Assembly (NCBI GenBank): GCA_032718475.1 | Contig: JAUCBJ010001839.1 | Location: 1 to 64,000 of the forward strand | Length of the DNA: 64,000 nt | Direction: 5' to 3' | Source: Nemertoderma westbladi | Taxonomy: Eukaryota > Animalia > Xenacoelomorpha | In this document: positions 1 to 12,700 of the stretch, in pieces | Layout: each line of letters begins with the position of its first letter | Numbering within the stretch: the stretch's first letter is position 1 | Made by a program: the position numbers and the translations under genes | The notes under the pieces: model-generated | What the model was told of the DNA's origin: nothing | What the model saw: only the letters and a program-made list of their open reading frames with translations | Databases searched by the model: none

Positions 1-630
1 GATATCCACGGAGCAGTCTCTCAATGGGATCCCTGATGCGATTTAATATAATTCTATTGTATAGCTTTGCAGCAATCGAGATCAATGAGATTCCCCGAAA
101 AGAACCATAGAGTGTTAGGTTGCCCTTCTTGGGAACTGGCACCAACTTATTTGTTTTCATTTCTTGTGGGACTCTTGTTGTTCGTTACATATCTACTATG
201 ATGAGATAGATGAGCTTTAAACACTCAGGTATTTTAAAGTATTGAATCTATAAAATATTACCAAATTCGTTGTAAGAGTTCTGCAAAGGTTCTAAATAGC
301 AGATAATTTCAGGTTTGCGATGTTTTGACTACTTAATTGCGTTTGGGTTGTTGGCGCTTGGCGGAGTTAAATTATGGGACCATTTGGGACCAGTTTCCTA
401 CACCCACTAAATTTATCATAGCGATTCAACTGGTAAAAGTTACAATATTTTTTAGTGAAATGGCTATATCTCATTGTAATCTCATTAGTGCATTATTATC
501 GCGGCTTGGATCACCTCATATTCTCTGATCTGCGGTGTACCAAGTTATGTAATATTGAGAATTTCAACCTGAAAGTGGCTACATAGCGGGTTGGCCCACG
601 TTTAATATTACTGGTATAATCTTCACCTAC

Positions 631-762
631 CTTCACATCGGTGTGGATTGGTTGTTGGTGAGTATCCTGGTCTACAATCACATTCGTAGCTTCCTGGTGT
701 GTTTCTACATTCAGTAGTCGCGTCATCACAAGCGTCAGTACCATCGGAACATTCGTTTATAT
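631..762 (-). CDS. cbEGF exon type A' ([44 protein letters not shown])
   Basis: 132 nt, tgcag acceptor, gtagg donor, six Cys. Confidence 0.9.
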
Positions 763-3700
763 CTGCAGAATTAAACATGATTGAATATAACTGTAAATCA
801 AACATTACAAAATTACTCCTGAGAAAATATACAGGAGTAGATTATCGTTTTAAAACTAAGCTTATTTTCAAAAACACACTGGTGTGGTACCTGAAACAGG
901 GGGGGGGAAACTGGACGCAAAACCCGCCTTGGCGAATTAATATCCCGCCTCAATGTTAAATTCTCAATTTAGGGAAAGGAGCAGGTTACAGTGGCACGTT
1001 ATTTTAACCAAAACAATAAACTAAGCACAATAGAACTGGTTACAGTTTTATTTTTGAGAATAATCAGCTGTTATTTGCGTCGAATTTCCCCTGGAGAGTA
1101 ATGAATTTTTATTGCGTCCAGTCCCCCCCCCCCCCCCCCCCCCCTATCTGGAGTACCTATATATAGTCAGTTAGTTATGTGATAATTATTCACATTAGTA
1201 ATAAATTTTATTGAGTAATAAAAACTACTATAGTAAAATTTATACAATTTGTTTTTGGCTTGAAGGCTCACCTGCTCGTTATTTAAATATAAATATTGTT
1301 GCTGCAAAGTGTTGTATATAAATATGTCATTGAAACAAATTGCTATTACTATTCTTACCATCGCAGTTGACACCATCACCCTGGTAACCAGTGTTACAAG
1401 TGCAATCGAAACCGGCAGCTGTGTCTGTGCAGGTTGCGTGGACGTGACAGTTATGTGTTCCATCTGAGCACTCATTGTCCGCTGTAATAAACATAATTCG
1501 AGATTTTTTAAACTATTTAGCCACGAGTGAAATGAATGAGATATTTAATGTGTTTTTGAATGGATCGAAAATCACTATCAATAGAAACCAAGATAAGAAA
1601 TTATCAGAGCACCTATAGCGACGTCAAATCTGTAGCAGCCAATCACTGCCGTTTTTCAAAATTGGCTTCCGGCCATTTCGACCATTTCCACATCTTTTCA
1701 CAAAAAAACACACCCCGCCACTACTAGGCACAGTCCGACAGTAGAATGAATTATTTCTAGCCTAACAATTTTTCGAGCATCAACCGTATTCAGTTTTAAT
1801 ACAGGCCTTACAGTCTTGACCAGTTGCCTGCTTGATTACAACTACAAGAAGCTCCTGCACTTCCGTCCACATGTACTATGTATGTATCGTATGTGATTTG
1901 GACTGAATTATAGGGATTTTACGAAAACCGGTACCAGTAAGAGGTTATGATAGTTGGTAAACGCGATTTTGACGAAAATTACTGAATTACAGTATGTTTG
2001 GTACAGTAGTTTGGAGTTCCCGGTAATCGGTGGTTGTTTATCTCCTATTTTCGAAATTGGCTATTTTGCGACTGTCTATCAGTCTGTAGTGTTTGCTTTC
2101 TTTGATCAGTCTGTAGTGCGGTGTAATGTAGTGTGTACTGGTGTAGGCATACCGACATACGATACGGTAATGTATTTTGGCGTTATGGGCACCCCATACT
2201 CAAAAACCGCATAAACTATATCATCATCAATAACAGGGGACACTTCCCGTTTTTGAATTTGCGGTAAATGATATTTACCGGTATTCAGGTAATACTGTAA
2301 ACCGCCCTCCTATTATAGTGTATACATGGTATAGGCCTACGGGTATTCTTAGATGGTGTGTGGGTATTGAAGTTGTCAACAATATTTACAGTTGAAAGAA
2401 TTATTAGCGCGAGAATGATTTGTACCAAAAGTAAATATCAGGGTGCGTTAGTTGGAGCTGTTATCGGAGATTGTCTCGGCAGAAAATACGAAGGATTCCC
2501 GATAGTAACACAGGAAGTCGTCGTCGAATACATTAATCAATTGAATATTGCGGATTCCGATGTTGTCCAAGAGTACACAGATGATACCGCAATGACATTT
2601 TCAGTAGCGCAGTCGCTGTATAATTGTAGTGGATTTGACCCAGATGACATGATGAACAGGTGATGAAATACTACCAGCAAATAACTAATTAGTTATATTT
2701 ACAATCACCTAATACAGTAATAACAACCCCCGGGGCCGGTCCCATGCTTACGTACATTTTATTGATATTATTTATTAAAATTATTATTATAATCGATCAT
2801 TACTTCCTTGTTTTTAGATTTGTATCGGAATACGCCAGGAGTCCCGACCGTGGCTACGGGCCGGCTATACCGAAACTGTTTGCCAGGGTGGCGGTTCTCA
2901 AGGAGAATTCGGAAACGGGGAGTTCCAAATACGATGTCTATCAAGCAGCCAGAGAACAGTTCGACGGAAGCGGTTCCTACGGCAATGGAGCAGCCATGCG
3001 CGCCTCGCCTGTAGGTCTGTACACAGCCACAGCCAGTGCCAAGGAGTGCGCAAACGTGGCCAACTCCATGGCCCGACTAACCCATGCCAACCATCTAGGT
3101 TACAACGGAGGCGTCCTGTTAGCTTTGGCTGTACGACAGGCTCTGCTAACCCCCATATCGGAAGGCCAACCCTTAGATAGGAAGCAGTTTATAGCCGCTC
3201 TGATCACGCACATGCACGATGTAGAAACCGCCAGCATGTCCACTACTTACCAAGACAAGTTGGGTCTAGTAGAGAAGTTACTTTCAGACACCGATGTTGA
3301 TGTTTCTGAAGTTGTGGAACAATTAGGGAACTACGTTACTGCTACAAAGTCAGTACCCACTGCCATATATTTGTTCCTCAACTCGGTAGACAAGCCCTTG
3401 GAATCCGAGACCTCAACCTACAGTCCGTTCGAGCGGACACTTATAGACGCCACAGCTCTGGGAGGCGATACAGACACGATAGCGTCTATGGCCTGCGCCA
3501 TTAGCGGCGCGTATTACGGAGTAGAAGCGGTTCCTTCCAGGTGGATTCAGATATGCGAGGCCACCGAGAAAGCTCACGAGTTGGCTGGGAAACTTTACGA
3601 CGCAACTAAATGAAGAAACATCATCGCAAACGCAAGTTTATTGTGCTTTTAGAGTTGAACTTTCTAATAGAACGACCTTGAGTGACGTTCTAATTGTAAG

Positions 3701-6700
3701 TTTTTATTTTTTTCCTCTTTTGATCATATAAATAAAACTAATTATAGATATAAAAATAAAAAATACGATTCGAATAAAATACAAATACTAAACTTTTTTT
3801 GTATCGTATCGTACCATTTCCTGCTCATTGAAACATGTAGCTACAGTAGATCAAGTCATTTGCCGAATTGACATTACGTTACAATGACGTCACTGAACCT
3901 TGCCACAACTAATTTATCTTTAAAATTGTTTAAAAGGAAAAACGTTTCGGGAAAGTTAAATTTATAGAAGCTCACTCAGTTTGAGACTAATAATATTCCA
4001 TCCTGTAAGGACCAATACAAGTCACTTTGAGTCTTCATCACACTCTCAAGACGGATTTAATAGTGATAGCCTTCCGTATCTCATAACCTGATTATATATC
4101 TACTTCTACCATATCCGAAAATGAGTTTAGCAATGATTGTAAACTAAAACACAAAAAAAGTAGTCCCTTTAGACGCAAAATGTAAATTATCTCAAAATGT
4201 CGAGAAGTGAGACATGTAGCTACTAGTTGCTCTCAAGTCTTCAGTTAACATAGTTAATTCTTTTTGGGTGGGACTCCGAAATCAATTAACATATATTAAC
4301 TATAGTAATCATTATAAATAATCACTATATAATCACTATATAATATATACTTACGAACGCAAACGACACCGTTTCCAGAATATCCATCTATACAGGTGCA
4401 GGTAAATCCGCCAGGTATGTTAGTACAAATGGCAAAACCGTCACAATCGTTATCCAATCCATCCAAACATTCGTCGTCATCTGAAACAAAAGAAATAAAT
4501 AGCATTAATGTAATGATTTTATAAAATATATCTGCAATATCTTCTGTAGTTGGTTTAGCTTCAATTTTGCGTATTTCTTGTGGGACGAACCACGCAGTCA
4601 GGGCGATTTTAATTAGTAAATAGGGCAAATTTCATGTCCGACTGTCTGTCCGTCTGTAATGAAAAATTCATTCGTAAATAACTTTTGGAAGATATTAACC
4701 ATTTTCAACCAAATTTTTTATGGGCATACTAGAGAAAAGGTTCCAATATTTTTTAAAGTTACCAGCAAATACCTCTCGAACTTTTGACTCCAGATCAAAT
4801 CGAACTTGTTTCGAACTTGCTCAAGTTCGCGTGCTGCGCGACGCCCCACGAACGTCTTTATTATGCATTATATCTGATGTTCTCGTTTATTATCCTAGGT
4901 ACAACAGCTCATAGTAATTATACATACATTTTCTTACTATTAATTTACCGTTATGTCATCTTTAAGTAATCCGCTGTGCTGTTTTTCTGTGTACTTGTTT
5001 CATTCACGAATTAAAATTGAAAATAAAAAATTAAATTATGGCCGTGTGCTTTTAAGAGGCGTCTCAAGAAAGTCATGGGCTTTTCACCAAGCTTATTTTT
5101 TCCATGGGGCTGCCAAAGCCCAAGATTGTGCACAGGCTGGTCCTTACGGCGAAAACAATGTCCTGCAAAGTGGAGGCTGATATCTACAAAGGTTAGGGGA
5201 ACCAATGAGACACCTGCAATGTTATGTAGTGTCTGCTTGGATATTTGTGCATTTTACCTGACAGTGTATCAGACGTAGCATTATTGTTTATCTACCATAC
5301 AGAGATTTAGTGTCCTCTGTTGTTAGACCCCAGCATGGACTCACATACAGGCGTACTGGTTCTACTGCTGCTCTAAATAATCGAACCTTAGGATATGGAT
5401 ACATTCTATGAGGAATCCAAATCTTAGACAAACTGCTGCCCATGCCTTCCCCTTACGTATCCGAAGGTCTTCACCTGACTTCCGGATCCATGTAGCAGAA
5501 GTCAGCCAGATGCTCAAGCATACCAGCCCTTGGAGCTTATGCTCATACTATCAGATATTTCCTGAGGACTGTCAAAGATAACTGTCAAAATTGTGGTCTT
5601 CTTGGAGTTAACAAAATCAAAAAGACCAACAAAACAGAAGCTATCTCCAATGAGCTGAGCTACCACGGGTGATTCTGGGAGTAAGGTACTTGTCAGAATT
5701 TGCTCGATTTCTGGAGCTCAATGGGATCCCTGATGCGATTTAATCGAATTCTATTGTATAGCTTTGCAGCAATCGAGATCAACGAGATTCCGCGAAAACA
5801 ACCATGTAGAGTGTTAGGTTGCCCTTCTTGGAAACCGGCCAACATATTAGTTTTCATTAGGGGGCTCTCTTAGTAGGCCTACTGTTAGTTGTACAAGACT
5901 ACCGGGTGTGGTGATGGGGTGAATTAGCATAATCACTTAAGGTGTTGTAAAGACATGAGACACCATACGTTGTGGAGTAGACAGCATCTACTCCACGACT
6001 AATAATTACCCACACGCCGAGTTACTACTGTGTAGGTTTAAACATACACGTACCGTCACAAGTGACTCCGTCTCCAGAATAACCGGTGTGACAATTACAA
6101 GTGAATCCACCATCGTTATTGTTGCAGTCAGCGTTGGTATCGCAGTTGTGGGTTCCGTCACTACATTCATCATCGTCTGAAACAGAAATATAAATTCATC
6201 AAAATATTATTCTGCATGAGAGATAGAATACATTACAATTATAACAACTTACAATTATTATAAAATACAATACAATCTCACCATCACAGTTCACTCCGTC
6301 GCCATGGTAGCCGTTATTACAGTTACATTCGAAGCTTCCTGGAGTGTTGGTACAGGTCGCATCGTCATCGCAGTTATGGGAACCATCGGTACATTCATTG
6401 TCATCTGTAAACAATTGAGTAGATAGTGGGTAAATCGGACTTCCTATTAAAACATCGGTGAAGTATACCAGACTTTATAGTTCACTTTCCTGTTTACCTT
6501 ACCACCCTATGAAGAATATCAGGTTTTCACTAAAAACCTAGGTTACAGATGGGCTGAATCTATCCAAAACAATAAACGAATTAGTATATGTTTTGGTTAT
6601 AAGAAAGAAATAAGCGCTATAAAACACTTAATAAAGATAAATTAAAAAAAAATTAAAAATCTTCTAATATAAATTCCAATAAAAAGTCGACCGAAAAGTA

Positions 6701-9700
6701 AAATCCTGGTATTCTTCACATGGGCGTTATTTAGTTTAATATGACCGTAATCTATTTATAATCATAACTTACCTTCACATCTGTGTGGATTGGTTGTTGG
6801 TGAGTATCCTGGTCTACAATCACATTCGTAGCTTCCTGGTGTGTTTCTACATTCAGTAGTCGCGTCATCACAAGCGTCAGTACCATCGGAACATTCGTCT
6901 ATATCTGTGAACAGATACGTTTAAATACAATGTAAGAGACTAATAAGTTTATTTATTTTGCATTTATTCATTTATAAAATGATACCGTTAAACATCCACC
7001 TAAATATATAATAATAACACTTCTAACTAAAGTTAATCTATAATTTAAACTATTTAACTATTATAATGGAGAATTTATTATTGCTGTATTTTTGGAAACT
7101 TTAAATTTTTTTCAAATAACATGCAACTCATTTCTATTTCAAAATATTTCTCATTTCTATTTCTCCATTGATATAATACAATTTTTGAAAATCCTACAAA
7201 TTTTTCATAAAGTCCGTTCCTCATATGTTACTTCGTAATATTGACATTTTTTTATTAATAAAATAACCACACAACTCGCAAACTACTGCACTGCCCTGGG
7301 ACGCTGTCCACTAGCGTAGCGAGGGTAGGGTCCCAGGGTCCCGGGACCCTACCGTGGAGATTCCAACTTACACTAACTCTGAGAGCATTTTGCCATCGTC
7401 AAGTTCCGTTAAATTAAAAAAATTATAATGACAACTGACAAGTGCAATAAACCGAATATTAGAAAATATTCGAAGTTGAAGTTGCTTTGGAAAGGAGCCC
7501 GACCACAGACCAGATACAATCCACATTATCCCAGGCAGGTTGCCAAAGAAAATAAGTAGTAGAAAGGAGACCATATACCCCATCAAAGTGTTGTAGCCAG
7601 GCCTCCAGCCACACTACCATTAGGCCTATATTATATAATCTCTCAACCAGTTTAATAGTCTGTAATGTAATGCAATGAAATGGAGCCCAGTTGACCACTG
7701 CAGGGGGGCGCCCACTGGCTCCTGCCTTGGTTTCTGTGCTTTGATTAGACGACGTCGCTGTGCCTTGCCTGTCAAGCAGGGTTCAATGTATACCAATGAA
7801 AGATAGCATAAATAAGATAGGCACTCTGACTCCGATGCAATATAATGAATTATGTAATTTTTTCTGGGTACACTGACCAACGTGATTGGATATTGCGTAG
7901 CTTGTCTTGCTGAGTCACAACTAAATAACCTGTGGGTGGCTATGTATTTTAATTCAATATTATTATTAATACCATGAAAATTACTTTGAAATGTAACTAA
8001 TTAGAACATTAATTTTTTTAACAAAAAAACTTTTTTTTTTTTTGACTTTCAATAAATCAAAAAAGTGTATTTAATAATGTACCGGTACCATAATTATTTC
8101 AATTTCAAAATGTGGCAATTTATAAAATAATATACCATGGTGTGGGGTGGGGGATTGTTTCACGAAGCGACATTTAACTAAATGGAAATCGCCGATTTGT
8201 AAATAAGGTATTTAAAAAACGGAAGCACATTTAAATTTTACGTCCCTTAATTTAAATAATATGAATTGAAATTTGCCTACTGTCATTTTGCAATACTTTT
8301 ATGTTATCAATACATGTTGTTATGATTCCATGGTAGTAGGGCCTATAGTACTAGTTTTTAAGAATAAGTTAACTGTTCTTAATAGAAATATTATTAAATT
8401 TACTGAAAAGCCATGAGAGACAGCATGACGACCAGACCAGTTGCTATGCCGTATAACTATTATTATGTTAATGAGTTTAAATGACACATCATTACGTAAA
8501 TGATTTAAAGCTAAATGACAGGGGGATAAATGACACGCGAATAGCAGTTTCTTGAAACATAAAAACTTTCTGTTATAATTAAAGTATTATTTTTAATCTT
8601 TCCAATTAAGCCAAATTAAATGACCGTATGTAAAACAGTCCCCTCAGTTTAATTATAATATTAATTTAATTTATTAAGTCAATTTCATTTGTAATTTCAG
8701 TAACTTACTTTATAACTATGATTTTATCATATAAATTCTTAATAGCGGATTTTCTAAATTACTCATCTTTACTGGGGGGGGGGGGGGGGGGGGCTTTACT
8801 GGGGGAATGAACATGTACTGGTGCGCATTACTCAGAATGAGTAGTATACCGACTACTGTACTACAGGCTACAGGTTGGGTGCAACCTTCGCCCGAGTACA
8901 ACCTTCGCCCGCGTCCAATATTCGCCCGCGTCCACAAGGTCTTCGCCCGCAAGGCAATCTTCCACCGCGAACAACCTTCGCCCAATAAGATTTGTGTTAG
9001 TAACCATTTTAGTTACCAATTAAGGGAAAGGAGCAGGTTACAGAAACGGCTTTTTCTAACCAAAACAATAATTGTTTAGTTGGCGATGGTTGCTCGCGGA
9101 GAAGATTGTCTGCGGGCGAAGTTTGCTGCGTACCCTACTAAACATTACACATCACGTGTCGCGGGCATTTTGTTAAAATTCCAAACAATCACACCTGGAC
9201 TACGCTGGGGGGGCTCTTCCCCCACACCCACAACTACTTAATATGAATTACAATTTGGGGTCTGGGACCCTACCGTGGGTAATTCCTGGCTACGCGGCTG
9301 GCGCTGTCGTATTGCAGTGTTCCATAGGGCTAGGCCCTATAAACGTGATACTTTACATACAGTAAAAGTATCATGTGAAAAGTTATATCTAACCATCGCA
9401 GTTGACCCCATCACCCTCGTAACCGGTGTTACATGTGCAATCGAAACCGGCTCCTGTCTGACTGTTTGAGCAGCTCGCATGGGTGTCACAGTTATGCGTA
9501 CCCTCATCACACTCATCGTCCGCTAAAAGATAAATAAATAAAACATAAAAAAGTTCAGAATTATTTACAAAAATAGAGTTACATCCCGTATTGGAGATGA
9601 CAACTGAAAGAAGCCATTTATACCGTGACTTTTGGATTTGTCAATGTAGGAATGCAAAGAGTTGAGATGTAATCCCAACTCTATAGTTCCATATCCGTAC

Positions 9701-12700
9701 TATCTAATTATGAGGCTTGTCAGCATCTCAGCATCATTATATTGATCTAATCAATTTGTTTCACTTTTATATATAAATGTAACCCCGTAATATTTACATT
9801 ATTTACTTATTCTAGAGTTATAAATTACGTGATACTGTCAATAAATATATAGACCAACAAGATATAAATGAATTATTAAATCTAAATAAATAATTAGTAT
9901 AAATTTACTTACGATTACAAATGACACCGTTTCCAGAATATCCATCTATACAGGTGCAGGTAAATCCACCTGGTATGTTAGTGCAGTCAGCAAAGATGCT
10001 GCAATCGTTATCTGATGGATCCAAACATTCGTCGTCATCTGAAAGCAAATTAATCATATTGCCTCCAAATCATTTGTCCAAAAAATGTCCATCAATTTAA
10101 ACCCGGTTGTTCTAATTTCCCTAACCTTCTAAAGATGAGTTAGCTATCGTTTTGTCACCGACACTTGAATTGTGATATGCAACGATGTGCTGCCCCCTGC
10201 AGCTTTGTCAACACGAGATTAAAGTACAATCATGGGGTTATGTGGTGTCAGGTCAGGGTGGTGTCATCATTAATATGTGTGATTACTGATTAGAATGCTA
10301 GGGATCTGAGCACCAGAACTGACACTATTGTTTGGAGTGGCTTCTCATAATGTTCCTCTTAATGTTGGATCCGTTAGAATTATGCTGTTTTCTGTTCTAT
10401 ACTGAGAAATTATTATTTTTTTTTGAGAAAGGGAATCATGTCAATGAGTGTGATAATCTGCGTTCATTGAAGTTCAGAAGGAAATGGAGAAGTTTGCACA
10501 ATACCAGAGATCATCTCACTCAATTTTTCATCTTCAATCATTTCATAATCTTACAATTTGTAATAAAGCTAAAATAAAGTACCTTATTGTGGAATACTTA
10601 AGAATGCTGGATCCTTGTGACTAACTGCATGTCCCTATCTACAATCTACATTTGATCATATAACAAATAAAAATATTAGAATTTCAATTCGATGTGAGTA
10701 GTTTTAGACTATTTCAGAATTTCTTAAATAAAATAACAGTGAGCAAATAAAAACAAACCGAGTGTTGCTATAGTATTCTATATACACGTACCGTCACAAG
10801 TGACCCCATCCCCAGAATAACCGGTGTGACAGTTACAAGTGAATCCACCATCGTTATTGTTGCAGTCAGCGTTGGTATCGCAGTTGTGGGTTCCGTCGCT
10901 GCATTCATCATCGTCTGAAACAGAAATATAAATTCATCAAAATATTATTCTGCATGAGAGATAGAATACATAAAAATTACTTAAACTTGTATTATTATAA
11001 AATAGATAACAATCTCACCATCACAGTTTACTCCGTCGCCATGGTAGCCGTTATTACAGTTACATTCGAAGCTTCCTGGAGTGTTGGTACAGGTCGCATC
11101 GTCATCGCAGTTATGGGAACCATCGGTACATTCATTGTCATCTGTAAACAATTGAGTAGATAGTTAGTGGGTAAATCGGACTTCCTATTAAAACATCGGT
11201 GAAGTATACCAGACTTTATAGTTCACTTTCCTGTTTACCTTACCACCCTATGAAGAATATCAGGTTTTCACTAAAAACCTAGGTTACAGATGGGCTGAAT
11301 CTATCCAAAACAATAAACGAATTAGTATATGTTTTGGTTATAAGAAAGAAATAAAAGCGCTATAAAACACTTAATAAAGATAAATTAAAAAAAAATTAAA
11401 AATCTTCTAATATAAATTCCAATAAAAAGTCGACCGAAAAGTAAAATCCTGGTATTCTTCACATGGGCGTTATTTAGTTTAATATGGCCGTAATCTATTT
11501 ATAATTATCACTTACCTTCACATCTGTGTGGATTGGTTGTTGGTGAGTATCCTGGTCTACAATCACATTCGTAGCTTCCTGGTGTGTTTCTACATTCAGT
11601 AGTCGCGTCATCACAAGCGTCAGTACCATCGGAACATTCGTCTATATCTGTGAACAGATACGTTTAAATACAATGTAAGAGACTAATAAGTTTATTTATA
11701 TTGTATTTATTCATTTATGAAATGATACCGTTAAACATCCACCTAAATATATAATAATAAATAATTATATTTATTTACTAGAAAGCCAGCAAGCTGGCTT
11801 TAAACGAACCTGCCCCTCAAACCAGTACCGCAGTACCCTGAGTGAGCGAAAATGAAAACACGTTAATTGCCATCAACTCAACGATAGAAACACCAGGCTG
11901 CTGGTACTCATGTGGGCCTCGTAAGCTACTACTATTTATTGAATGGATAGGCCCAAACTGCAGAGAAGTATATGGTGTTCGGACACTCCCCCCCCCCCCC
12001 GGACACTTTCCCCCCGGACAGTTCCCCCCCGCTCAAGTAGGACACTTCCCGCCCGGTCACTTCCCCCCCAGACACTTCCCCCCCGGACACTTCCCCCCCG
12101 ACTGTTCTTAACTTCGCACATTCGTATTTTTCATTTTATAAGGTAAACGGACCGCTTGTATCCAGATAAGTTGTATCCAATTTTCCTTTCGTAGCTCAGA
12201 AAGTGACCGTTTGCATCCCGATTTTACACTTTATATCCAAGTTTTATTTATGGGTTTTATCAATGCAATTACATCGTATTGTTTGCTAATCTTTAAACAA
12301 TTAATTAGATGACCTAGAAATTCCATCCCCCGAATGCTATACTGTTTTTATTAACTATAGAATTATAAAAATTAATTGTTTTAATTATAGGTATTATTAT
12401 GTAATAGACTTCTTCAAATTGTACTGTAGCAGATGGGGATGAATATTATTGTTGCAATCAAAATTATACCTCTCCAGGGTAAAATCGGGGTGCGTCGACC
12501 TGTATTCTGTGTTCAGCATTACATATTGATATACATATTACTATACATACTATATAGATATTATACACACTACATATTAAATTTCCTGGTTACTTGCAAT
12601 ATTTTTAATAGGATTTTATTGAATTATATAATATTGTAGTTTATTTATATATTAAATTGGTTAACATTCAATTCAGCTCCTACTTTAGGCTTAGTCAATT

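Noticed and set aside
2744-2817. Hydrophobic signal-peptide-like N-terminus of the 289-aa ORF
   Set aside because: AT-rich intron sequence upstream of the acceptor at 2816-2817; the true N-terminus comes from exon 2415-2659.
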